DNA from: Callorhinchus milii | Lineage: Eukaryota | NCBI RefSeq assembly: GCF_018977255.1 | Contig: NW_024704743.1 | Span: 108,564,001 to 108,628,000 of the forward strand | DNA length: 64,000 bases | Direction of reading: 5' to 3' | Shown: positions 1 through 11,635 of the stretch, in pieces | Layout: every line of letters begins with the position of its first letter | Position numbering within the stretch: position 1 is the stretch's first letter | Position numbers and translations under genes: made by a program | The notes under the pieces: model-generated | Seen by the model: the letters and a program-made list of their open reading frames with translations, nothing else | What the model was told of the DNA's origin: nothing | The model's database searches: none

Positions 1-694
1 CATATATCAGGTATGATTATTGTCTTCTTACAAATATGACTGCTTATAGTTTGCATCAGCAGAAAAAATAATTGATAGAGCAATGCAGTGAAAGCCACAC
101 ACATAGTTCTGCAAATCAGAAAATCTGAATGAACAAAGACAACAAAGAGGAAAGCTCTTCAGAATAAAAGGACAAGGGCTGCTGTTAAGAGAGTCCATCA
201 AGTCTATTCTATAAACAGTAATGGTAGGATCAGACCAGGTTAATATGGGGACACTGTGTAGTAAAAGTAGGCTCACCCTCTTTAATCCTTTCAAATCCGG
301 TGGTTCATTTACCGTCATTATAATCTTCCACAATGTGGACCATTTGAGCAATAATGGTAGGAGCTATCTACAGGACTAAATGGTTCACTCAAGTTATTTT
401 TTTAATTCAGGAATTCTAGGTTTTATTATCAATTCTTGTTATTTTTGCAGTCAATTGTAATCATCTAGTTCTTTTTGTCCCCACCAGTGCAACTGTGTCC
501 AGGGCATCTCTATCAAGGGAAACCAAAAGTACAAGTAACTCAGAACTGAGGCAACTCTTTTTCATTCTGGCTCAAAAATCGAAATAATTTCCTTTAAATA
601 CTATGTTATTTACATGCTTACTTTCATCTGCACTGATTTAGCAGTGCTTATTTGGGAGAAATTCTAGCAAGATCTAGATGTACTCTACTAAAAA

Positions 695-878
695 CAATTG
701 GCCACCTCAATCCACAACTGTTTGTGGGACACTGCTGTGTGCAATTGGCTGCCGCATTTCGCCCACAAAAATATACAGTCAATTCACTTTACAGTATATT
801 CTGTGAAGCGCTTTGAGAGGTCTCGAAGACACCAAGGCACTATATCAAAATTCAAAGATGATTATTATTATTATTATT
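695..878 (+). mobile_element. SINE 3' fragment
   Basis: TGTTTGTGGGACACTGCTGTGTGCAATTGGCTGCC...GTGAAGCGCTTTGAG...(TTA)n. Confidence 0.8.
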
Positions 879-2202
879 TTAGAGCAACCGGAATTTGGTA
901 AATTGTTGAGTTCAGTCATAACTTTTTAAAAGAACTTTCAGAAAAATGGCTTTAAAAATTAAACCTGTACTGTATTTAAGTGTCAGTCTGGCTCAGTTGG
1001 CAGCATCCTTGCCTTTGGGTCAGAAGGTTGTGGGTTTGATCCAGGGGTTGGATGAGCGACATTCTGCTGCCCTCACTGAAGGTTGGTTTACATCCTCAAA
1101 GGACAATTGTATTTATATAGTGCCCTTCATGCAGAATAAGTGTCTCAGAGTACTGTTCAGTGGCGGGGTTGGAGAGGTGAAACATAGTTTTCTGAAAGCC
1201 AATGGGTATCGAAGAACCAGAATTCCTCACAGTCATTACTTTTAAGACAAATGTCGTAAAATTGAAAGTTATTGCAATTTTAGAAAATTATTAAATTGAA
1301 TGTTAATTTGAAAAACGTTTTCTCATTGTTCTTAAAATTTTAGGCCTCTAATGTTACAACACAGTAGACTTGTTAAGCTTATGTTATTCTCTGTGCACCA
1401 AAATATATTCAGAACAAAACCATAAATTGTTACAGTGCAAGATCTAAGATTAAGTGTGGAAGGTAAGGTCTGATAGGTATGGATTACAGTATTTGTTTGG
1501 TGCTGTATGGGCAGAACTAAAAATTGGAACTGATGACTTCCAAGAAAAGCAACAAAATTACTGTCTTTCAAGGGTATTCAACATTTGCCAGTTGCAAACT
1601 ACGTAAATCAAAGTGCTTGTATCAGCCCATTACTTGCAGTGAATGGTCGCAGCAGTGGGATGCCCAACTTCCCTGTAGCAGACAAAAAAATGTCCTGAGT
1701 AGTGGATAATTGTTCAGTTCACCCTCCTGATGTGCTCTGACAGTGGATTAAATTTGTACTTCTTTCCTCAAACACAACATCGCTAATTCAGCTCAAGACT
1801 GAGGGTGCAAAGGAGGGGGAGGGGAGGGGGATAGTTTGATACATTGCCTAAAAGCTCATGGAACGATGGCAGAGCTGATTGATAATAGGGAAGGACCAGC
1901 CGCACTCTGTAGGCATGAAGGGATCATATTGGATGTGATTTGCTTCTTTGTTCACACACAGGCCAATGTTCAGGCTCCTATTGTTGTCAACTGCTATGCA
2001 ATTACAACTTGGGGAATCAGAGGGGAAAACTGCCGCCAGTTAACTTTCAAATCCTTTCCCAAGCAGAATGCCAACAAAAGAACGTGTGTGTTTTATAGAC
2101 ACAGCTACACGTCCAGCATTTATCAGCAATATGCCTGCAGATGAGATAGTTGAATCAAATAATAATAGTCCTTGCATTCAATCTAATGTCTTATCACAAA
2201 GA

Positions 2203-2530
2203 ACAACAACTTGCACTTATATAGCACCATCCACGCAAGGCAGTGTTTCAGAGCACTTAACAGTGGTGGAGTCTGATTCCGAGCTGGGGGGAGGTGGCCA
2301 AAAGCACGGTCGGACAGGAAAGTTTTCAGGCGGGACTTGAAAGATGCGAGAAAGGGGGCAAAGCTGAGGGATTGAGAGAGAGTGTTCCAGAGTTTCAGGG
2401 CTTAGTGGCTGAAAGTGCGACTTCCAATGATGGGGCGGAGGGAGTGAGGGATGAGCAGGAGGCCGGTAGCAGTCGAGCAGGTGCACCGGTGGTGGTTTGG
2501 GGAGTGAGGAAGCCGGAGAGGTAGAGATCG
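2203..2530 (-). mobile_element. older L2 3' fragment
   Basis: ACAACAACTTGCACTTATATAGC tail followed by a purine-rich body resembling the other L2 3' ends. Confidence 0.65.
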
Positions 2531-2786
2531 GTGATCACATTGCTGAAACGTCTCAAAGTGTTTCACAAGATATACTGTGAAGTGCAATGACGATGTATTT
2601 TATTGTCGAACTCAACAGTTTGCTAATTTGTGCACAGCAAAATCCCCACAAACAGGCATTAGGGGAATGACCAGTTTTATTTTGAGGGATTCTTGGCCGG
2701 TGACCAATGGCCAATTGAAATGCTTCATCAAAAGCCACAGAGAGTCGTAAACTTTATGGAGATTGGGGTCATTCAAATGTACCTCA

Positions 2787-3905
2787 CAAGAACAACAAAA
2801 TTACATTTGTATAGCGCCTTTCGCATCGGGAGGACGTCCCAAGATGCTGGACAATCAGTGTTTCGGACCCGACCAGGGGGCAGGATCGGGGAGGGTGGAG
2901 GGCAGTGGGGGAAGGAGCGTGATAAGGCACGGTCGGAGAGGAGGTCTTGAGATGAGTCTTGAAGGAGGTAAGGGAGGGGGAAAAGCAGAGGGACTGCAGG
3001 ACGGAGTTCCAGAGAGTGGGGGCAAAGTGGCTGAAGGCCCACCTGCCAATGGTGGGGCAGGCAAGGTGGGGGACGTCAAGCAGGCCATAGCCCGCCTGAG
3101 TGGAAGGAGCAGAGGTAGGGAGAAGCAAGACCATGGAGGGCTTTGAAAGTGAGGACCAGGATCTTGAACTGTATCCTCTGTGTGATGGGAAGCCAGTGGA
3201 GTCGGGTGAGGATGGGGGTGATAGCTCAGTGGTTAGAGCACTCGCTTTGCAAGCGAGAGACCTGAGTTCAATTCCAGGCAGAGGGCGAAACCTTGGGCAA
3301 GTTTCCTTACTCCACACAGAGCCTAATAATAATCCCTCCAAAAAAAAAACCAAAACAATAATAAATTGGTCATTTTCAATCTACGACTGTTTGTGGGACA
3401 TTGCTGTGCGCAATTAGCTGCCTCGTTCGCCCACAAATATACAGTCAATTCACTTTACAGTGTGTTCTGTGAAGCGCTTTGGGACGTCCTCCCGATGTGA
3501 AAAGCGCTATATCAAATGCAAGAATTATTATTATTATTATAGGGTCACGGAGCCTGGTGCCTGGGAGAGGACACAGGCTGCAGAGTTCTGGATGATCTGC
3601 AACCTATGGAGGGAGGATTTGGGGAGGCTGACAAGTAGGGAGTTTGCATAGTTGAGCCTGGATGTTATGAATGCGTGTATCAGGGTCTCGGCAGTCTACG
3701 GTGTGAGACAGAGGCAGAGCCAGGTGATGTTGCGGAGGTGGGGGAAGGCAGAGTGGGCGATAGCACAGATGTGGAGTAGAAAGGATAGTTGAGGGTCAAA
3801 CAAGATGCCAAGGTTCCGGACTGGCTCGGTGAGGTGGAGTGTGCATCTTTGGAAGGTAATGCTATCAGTGTCTGACGGGAGCCAATCAGGAGAGCCTCGG
3901 TCTCA
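2787..3905 (-). mobile_element. L2 LINE 3' fragment interrupted by a SINE at 3221-3540
   Basis: 2787-3220 and 3541-3905 are colinear with the 3' part of the 27.7-kb L2 (e.g. GAGCCAGTGGAG..., GGTCACGGAGCCTGG, GAGCCAATCAGGAGAGCCTC). Confidence 0.9.
3221..3540 (+). mobile_element. tRNA-derived SINE inserted in an L2
   Basis: Same family, lacking the first ~9 nt; perfect anticodon arm CTCGC-TTTGCAA-GCGAG. Confidence 0.92.
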
Positions 3906-5179
3906 CAGGCTATGTGCTGTGGCAATATTTCAGAAATACATTGTGCAAAAGATCAGAGATTATGAAAGTCCATTGTGTTGAATCCTGCTCCAAAAAAGCA
4001 CCCAATTTAATGTTTGATTCCTGTAAGGGGACTATATAGGTGAGATACGAATGTCACCCTCCCCCCCTCCCACTGCCAATGTTCATCTCCAAACCTGTTG
4101 ATAGCTAGAGACAGTTTCAGCTCACAGTTTTAGGGGGATTCTTAATTATGACCGATGATAAGTATCACATCACAATGCAATTTCCCCCCTCCCTCAAATA
4201 TCTGCATAGTCACGACATTCCCCAAAACATTGATTTATGGCTTTGGTTTTATTTAATCATAGCTGCTTTTCTTTTCTTCGTAAGCAAATGGTTGCTTTAA
4301 TTAGAGCCATTATTCAGTTAGTGTGATCTGATTGTCAATCTCCAGGGTGATCACACTAAGCTGCTCCTACTATAAGGAATAAAAAAACATCAATTAAAGT
4401 TAATTCCTTTTAATGGGTTTACACATATGAGAATCAATGGATATCAATTAGTTTCTGAGCACCACTTGTTTATTTCATGAGGTGACCATGGAATGAGTTT
4501 GTCTTGTATTTACATATCTCAAAAAGTCATCACTTTCTCTTCGTTTTGAGTGGCTGACACATGCCGAAACTCATCACATGTAAGAGTGTCCAAACCAGAC
4601 AGAGTTCCATGCATGTCAACTTCACATGGAAATTCCCCTGCCTGGAATGGAATACACACTCTCTCCCAGAGGGACATGCTCTACACATCTAATTCATAGA
4701 CTATTAGGTGCAGTTTCGGGACCCCAGAGTATGTGTTTGGGTTAACTGCTGGAGTTTAGCCAGCAAAAACTTCATTTCCTGCCACAGAGAGCACTAGAAA
4801 GCCCATTAATTAGAAGATAAAACATCCATGAAAAAGTCAGATGAGGTCTATTTCATTACTACAGCATCATTGGTGTCACAGAAGTACCTGAGTGTAATAT
4901 GGAAGTTGAAAAAGGATTTTAAATGTTGAATCCTGAAGAAGTTGTCAGAGGCCAACTTTCTGGAACAGCCTTTGGCCGCAGAACTGTGTCCCAACTTCCA
5001 AAGTCAGATTGCTACCAAAGGAGGTTCCCCTTCCCAGCCGGAGATCAGTGTCAAGCAAAGTATCAGCTTCTCAAGCATCCATTTTATGCAAAATTTGGTA
5101 GTTGCTAATCCCTTAGTGATACACATAGAATCAGTCCCCATGTAGTGACAATTTCACACAGATGTAGATCATTAGTCCA

Positions 5180-5540
5180 TCCAATGAGGGAGGGAAGGAG
5201 GGAGAGAATGTGAACCTAATGTTTGGAAACTAGTTGGGAGAGCTGAGAAAGGATGTGATGTCAATGATAATGAAGGTGGCAGAGAGGTCAACGAGAACAA
5301 AGAGGCAAAGAAAGGCTTGGTCGCAGTTAGAGAATGTTAGAGCAGGGCGTCCCTACCCTGTGGGCAGGGTGGAACCTGATTGGAGGGGCTGTTAGTGGGA
5401 GCGGAAGCAGCGAAGTTGAGATGCAATGATTCATTCAGTATGTTGGTGCGGAAGGGTTTGTTGGAAATGGGTTGTAGTTGGAGAGCACGGAGGGGTCCAG
5501 CGAGGGGTTCTTAAGGAAAAGATGATGATAGAGGTTGAAA
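5180..5540 (-). mobile_element. degenerate L2 RT fragment
   Basis: GAAGGTGGCAGAGAGGTCAACGAGAAC corresponds to the DLSAAF region of the L2 RT. Confidence 0.5.
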
Positions 5541-6706
5541 ATCTAATTGAAAAGCCCCAAAACGGATTGGTATATTACCCATCTGTACTAAAGGAATAGT
5601 TGGGCTGTAAGACATTGGGATGTAATAAGTGGTGATTCATAACAATCGTCACAAATAGCAACTGCCAGTGAGGATCCACAGGACGAAGTTTATCACCTTG
5701 CAGCAGGGTTCCTGTGGGTCACCTCAACAACAACTTACATTTATATAGTGCCCTTCACATGGAATATTATTTCAGAGATCTTTACAGGGTTGCTGCTGTT
5801 GCAAATAGCCTTGCTTAAAACTCCACTGCTGAATTTGTATCATATTGTATCATAATTGTGGGCACACAGCAGTTTTGCGTTGAGTGAGATGGCAGCTGAG
5901 AGTGGCAGATGCTGTGTCTGTGCACAAATCTGCTCTTTTTTTTGATGTAGGATCTTATAGCTGAAAAGTCCCAACTGGATATAACCTGTTTGAAGTGTCC
6001 ACTTTCTCTGCAATATTCATAACTACTGTACTACATGATGATTTTCCCAGTTTTCTTAGACATGCATCATTCATTGTGGGAGCCAATGTCACTTTTAAAA
6101 GATGGGTTAAAAACAAAAATGTGGCTGCTATAAACTAACATTGCACCTGTTCCAATGAGGTCCAAGTTAACCTTGAGGACGTATTTCAAATGCAAGGATT
6201 ATTATTATTATTATTTAGTAGTGAAATCTTGAGAAAATCCTGCCATTATTGATTCAAACTTGATGACTTAGTGTGGGTTACATCGCCAGCCCCCATTATA
6301 TGTGACACTTACATCAGGCATACTTTAGAATAAGGTTTTAATAAATGCTCTTCTCGCTGCTGTGAAGCACAGTTTTGATACAAAGATTATATCTGCAAAG
6401 GATCCATATGGGCTAAGCAGAAGGTCCCATTTACAATGCATGTCTTTTGATGTTGGGCCAGTGCTGCTTTCCTGGGCAGTCATTCACACAGCAACAGGAC
6501 TGTACAGTGTGTAGGACCTAATCTTGTTGTACTGCTGCTGAAATTAGGATTGGGACTAACATTGACATGCAGGGTGATTATTAATTTGCTGGTACATTTA
6601 GTGGCCTGGTTATTGTGTGAGAATTATTCTCATCTTTTGCACAAACTTGCTGAGTTTGGCATTCTACTATCACAAATACAATTATATATTAATAATAATG
6701 ATTGGT

Positions 6707-6723
6707 GTCAGCCTGGCTTAGTT

Positions 6724-6754
<31 letters not shown>

Positions 6755-7100
6755 GTTGACTCAATCCCTACATCTAGATTTTGAGCTCATAGTCTTGGCT
6801 CATTGCTGGGGGAGTGCTGCATTGTCAGGTGCCATCCTTCAGATGAGACATTAAACCGAGGTTCTGTCTGCCTGTCAAAGATCCCATAGCACTATTCGAA
6901 GAGAGAAGGGAGTCTTGGCCAACATTCCCCAGATAACATTGATCATTGACTTCATGTCTGTTTGTGGGGTATTGCTGTGTGCAAATTGGTTGCCACTTTG
7001 GCCTACAAAATACACAGACTCTAGATTTTACCGTAAATCCTGTGAAATAGTTTGAGACATTTTGACGAAGTGATATCAAATGCAGTGATTATTATTATTA
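6707..7100 (+). mobile_element. Deu-domain SINE (SacSINE1/AmnSINE1-related)
   Basis: tRNA-like head GGCTTAGTTGGTAGCACTCTTGCCTCTGAGTCAGAAGGTT, core GTGCTGCATTGTC...CAGATGAGACATTAAACCGAGG...AAAGATCCCATAGCACTATTCGAAG, and shared tail with (TTA)n. Family name is from recalled consensus. Confidence 0.8.
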
Positions 7101-7584
7101 GCATCATAGCAGGAATCTGAACAGTCTCTAAAAGCACCATGAACCACACCCTGGAAATTCCACTCTTCCGAGTCATTGAAAGTCAAGGTAGGCAAGAAGC
7201 AAAGAAATACGTAGAAAACCCTGGCTTAAGAATATTTTTTGTTGACCAGGCAGGGAGCAATAATTGAAAAAAAAGATGCATTGAAATAAATATGTATTGC
7301 TGTGCTGAAAATTGTGTCTCATTGAGCATTATTACACTTTTCAAATTTATGCAATGATCACAGGTTTTGTTTTACATTCATAAATGATTTTGTCCCTTGG
7401 GTTTATTAAGCACAGAAACAATTTATTGGCTTCCATTATTGCTCTGATAAAGTATATCCCTAGTCAGAGTTTCTAATGGAATTCTGTGGATTCATCTGTG
7501 CTATTTATAAAATGATGACCCACTGAAATTCTCCTAAGTGGAGAATGGCAATGGCTGGAGAATTCAATCTCAGGCAGAATTCAG

Positions 7585-7795
7585 TCTGCCTTCGTTCCTC
7601 CAGGTCTGGTCTCCTCCTTGTCCCCTGAGTTCTCTGCTCCACCCTCGGTGGCCGTGCCTTCAGTCACTATGCCCCGAAGCTCTGGAACTCCCTTCTTACT
7701 CCCTTCGTCTCACTTCCATTTCTGTGAAGCACTCTGAGAAGCCGTCCGGCGTGGAGGGCGCTATATAAATCCAAGTTATTGTTGTTGTTGTTGTT
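7585..7795 (+). mobile_element. L2 3' fragment with (TTG)n tail
   Basis: CTCTGGAACTCCCT ... GGCGCTATATAAATCCAAGTTATTGTTGTTGTTG. Confidence 0.6.
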
Positions 7796-8884
7796 CAGTC
7801 AATGACCTAGAAGTCTTTTCTGACCTCGCTGCAAAATCAATGAAATGTGGATTTGGGTACAATTGATCATAACTAATATAGATTATTGTTCATATTGCGG
7901 TGTTAAAATACCTCCAGGCATCCATGAAGTTTCTTTTAACTGTCTTTGTTTCCTTCATTATCTGTATTAAACATTCAATTCAGCTGATTAAAGAGGCAAG
8001 GCTCAGCCCAGCCCATGTGTAGCAAAATACAGGTGAAAAATATAATGTTGTAGAACTGAATTTGCGGGGAAGAATTCCCCAATATACCCATTCCCCCCCA
8101 AAACACCAAACACGTACAAGCACATACATACACAAACAATCAAACACAAACATACATGCCAACAAAAACACAAAAAAATCCACAACACACAATGCACATG
8201 AAAGAAACAAGAAAAAATGACTCCAAGCAGTAAAGCCAGAACAATGAAGAAAAAAAAGAAAAAGATTAAGGGTGAAGAATAAACCAGAATGTTCTGAACA
8301 AACGGCTGTGCTGTGGTTTGTGGAGATGTCCTAGGGGTCCCCCCTTCCCCTCCCCCCACCTTCCACCTCATGGATCACTGAGAGCCAGACAGAGTGAGAG
8401 TAGAGAGAGGATATTGTGAGGGAGAAAAAGCATACATGAGAAAAGGGGAAAGAAGTAAAGGGTGAAAGAGAAATAAATACAAAGGCAAGAAAGAGGGAGG
8501 ATGAAGTAGGACACAAGGCTAAGCAAAGAGAGCGAGAGGAAAAAGCAAAAGAAAAAACTGGTAGAGAAAAGAGATCTGCATATCTCTACATTTTATTCCT
8601 TGCTAAGGGATTAGGTAGATGTGGATCAAATGTCTGTGATAAATAAAGTATGAAGCCTGTGGACTTCTATTTAAAGAGATGATTTACATTTTTTTCTAGG
8701 AAATTCCCACTTTTTTTCCTAGAAGCTACAAAAATGCAATTATTTATTGTCAAATTAGAAAAAATTGAATTTAGATCAGTTGATTCAGCAGAGCCATGGG
8801 ATTGCATTTCCTAGTCTCTATGTCTAGGTCCAACACCACGCAGTGCATTCAGTGGAAATGAAAAGAAATACTTTTGGAGACAAT

Positions 8885-9150
8885 AAAAATTCTTGCATTC
8901 AATATCCCGCTTTTCAATTCAGAAGGACGTCTCAAAGCACTTTGCAGGATATACTGTAAAGGATAGTGACTTTTGCAGGCAAATGTTCAGCTAGTTTGAG
9001 CTCAACAGTGTCCCAGAAGGAAAAACTCTTCTCTTTTTGAAAAGTGCCAAGAGATCTTGAACATCCTCCTGAACAGGCAGACATGACCTCAGTTTAAAGT
9101 CTAATCCGAAGAACAGCACCTCTGACAACACAGTGTACTGCCAGCACCGG
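8885..9150 (-). mobile_element. Deu-domain SINE fragment
   Basis: Reverse complement of core and tail (AAAAGTGCCAAGAGATCTTGAACATCCTCCTGAACAGGCAGAC). Confidence 0.65.
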
Positions 9151-9932
9151 ACTCTGCAGACTGACAAATGGAGAAAAGCGCTTCCTTGAAACCTGTTAGT
9201 ATGTTCAGGCCCTGGATTCAGTACTTTGAAACACTGTGAAGAAATGCTGTAGGTGTTTGTGAATGATACAAACTCAAGTAGTTGCCAGTGCACAATATGG
9301 CAAAAACAATTCAAGCAGATCAGCTTTGTGGAGCCTCTGCTATGTGCCATCTGGCACAAAATCAACCAAATGGATCTCTGCATATTCATCTTCATTTATG
9401 GAAATACTCAGGAGAGTGTCATTCTCGGGTAAAAATGCATAAAATATTTGTGATATGTTAGTCAAACACGCCCAGACCCATTATCAATTCATTATTCCGC
9501 CTATAGCTTGTTAGAATTAAAAGTATGCATAGCTGCTCACCTTTTTTTGTCCTCGTGTTAATACCTGTACATGGTTATTTAATCATTTAACCTATGTGCG
9601 CTCTAGCACCAGTTGCCATGGTAAAAATAACGCACACAAAAATACCCCAGAGAGCCCCCAGCTTACTAATGGTGTACACTTTCTCTGTCTAAATGGGCAT
9701 GGTGTATTTGATGCTAAAATGACTTATTTTACTAATTACCTGGGTGGCTTCACATGAGCACAATTTTGGAGGATTCAAACATTCATACAATAAAGTTTTG
9801 TTGAATTGTGTTTGCGTGTATATTTAATTGTGTTTATGTGAGGGGTGGAGTCTGTATAAGGTGGCATAATAACAGATTGTAGTCAGAGGCATCAGTAATG
9901 AAGACAGATGAATATGACCCTGGAGTTTGTTT

Positions 9933-10130
9933 ATAATAATAATGATAATCCTTGCATTTGATACAGCGCTTTTCCCGTCTTCTAGATGTTTTAAAGCGCT
10001 TCACAGAGTATACTGCAAAGTAAATTGACTGTATTTGTGGGTGAAACAGGGTAGCCTATTGCGCACAGCAGTGTCCCACAAACAGTCGTGGATTGAAGTG
10101 ACCAATTTATTATTTTTTTCTTTTCTTTGA
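9933..10130 (-). mobile_element. SINE 3' fragment
   Basis: Reverse complement of the same tail. Confidence 0.8.
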
Positions 10131-11029
10131 GGGATATTATCAGGCATTTGGAAAAGTTGTACAGAAGCAGCAATGGTTTAAACTCACAGAGGCACAGAAA
10201 CAGCAATTTGGCCCATCAAGTTTGCAATAGCATTTCACTTCCTTTTTTCAAGCATCCATCTAATTCGTATTTTTTTAGAAAAAAACACAGTGGAACATTG
10301 TCAATAATAGTTGTAGAATCGTTGAGGCACATATAACCTAACACGGCCCAGCAATACTAGTGAGCAAATGATCAGTTCAGCAATGCCTAGAGCTGGAGAG
10401 TACAAGAACTAGTCTGTGATGTCACCTGGATCTGAAAATCATTAAATCAAATGCAAGGATTTTAGTATTATTTATTATTATTATTATTATATAAAAACCC
10501 ACAAGAGCATCATCACCATGTGAAACAAACATAGTTTCGAGGCATGAAATCTTTCTTGTAATAATTGGGTGAATTTTTTTAGCATTTCATAACATGAAGT
10601 ATTAAGCACTCCTGCTTCCAGTTTCTGAGCAAGGCAGGTCCTCACTACTCCAAGCCAATGCTGATGACAGACCAGCAAGCCTGGCTCAATGGCAGGTCTT
10701 GGAAAGGGATGATATATCAGTGAATGATTCAAATTACAAATCACTGTAACATTCCTGAACAATTCATATGTTGAGAATTATCTGACCAACATGTTCTCAA
10801 ACTGAATGTGTTCTGTTTCCATAGCAATTCAGTCGCAGTTGAGCATTTGAGAGGTTTTTGAAATCTATGCTCTGTATCATGGGTGCAATTGCTCTATATC
10901 CATAATTCTAAATGGCCATAATCTCTGTCATGAGGGGTGACTCTACTCCAGTGTCATGGAGTTGATGGATTAGTGTGGAATAGCTTCACGCCTGAATTCC
11001 CCACACAGTGAGTTCCTAATATCACACTG

Positions 11030-11635
11030 TCAGCCTGGCTCAGTAGAGATGCCAGCTTGGCTGAGTTGGTGACAGTCTCAACTCTCAGTCTGAAGGTTGT
11101 GGGTTCAAACCATCTGTTGGGACTTTGAACTCAGAATCTAAGTTTATAATCCAGAGCTGTGATGGAGCAAGTGCCATCCTTTGGATGAAACATTAATCCA
11201 AGGTCCTGTCTACTTGATCGGGTGGAAGTTAAACATTCAATGGCACTATTTAAAAAGAGAAGGGAGTTTCTCCCAGAGTCTAGGCCAACAATTCCCAGAA
11301 AACAGTAGTCATTCACTTTATAGATACTCGTGGGTCATTGCTGTACACAAATTGGTTGCTTCATTCACCTGCAAAATACACAGGAAATCCTATGAAGAGC
11401 TTTAAGATGTTTCAACATTATAAGACATTATATCAAATGCAAGTAATATTATTATTATTCTAACGCTGTCTGTGGGAAAGTGGCTGTTTCTGAAAATTTA
11501 CTGTGTATAAATAGGCTGCTGTACCCGCTTACAAATACTCAGTTACTACACTTCACAGTAAAATCCTGTGAAGGACTTTGATGAGAACTTTTTGATGATA
11601 AGGCACTATATCAAATGCAAAATTTATTATTATTT
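11030..11635 (+). mobile_element. Deu-domain SINE with duplicated head start and a second tail
   Basis: Same blocks as 6707; a second tail runs ~11465-11635. Confidence 0.7.
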
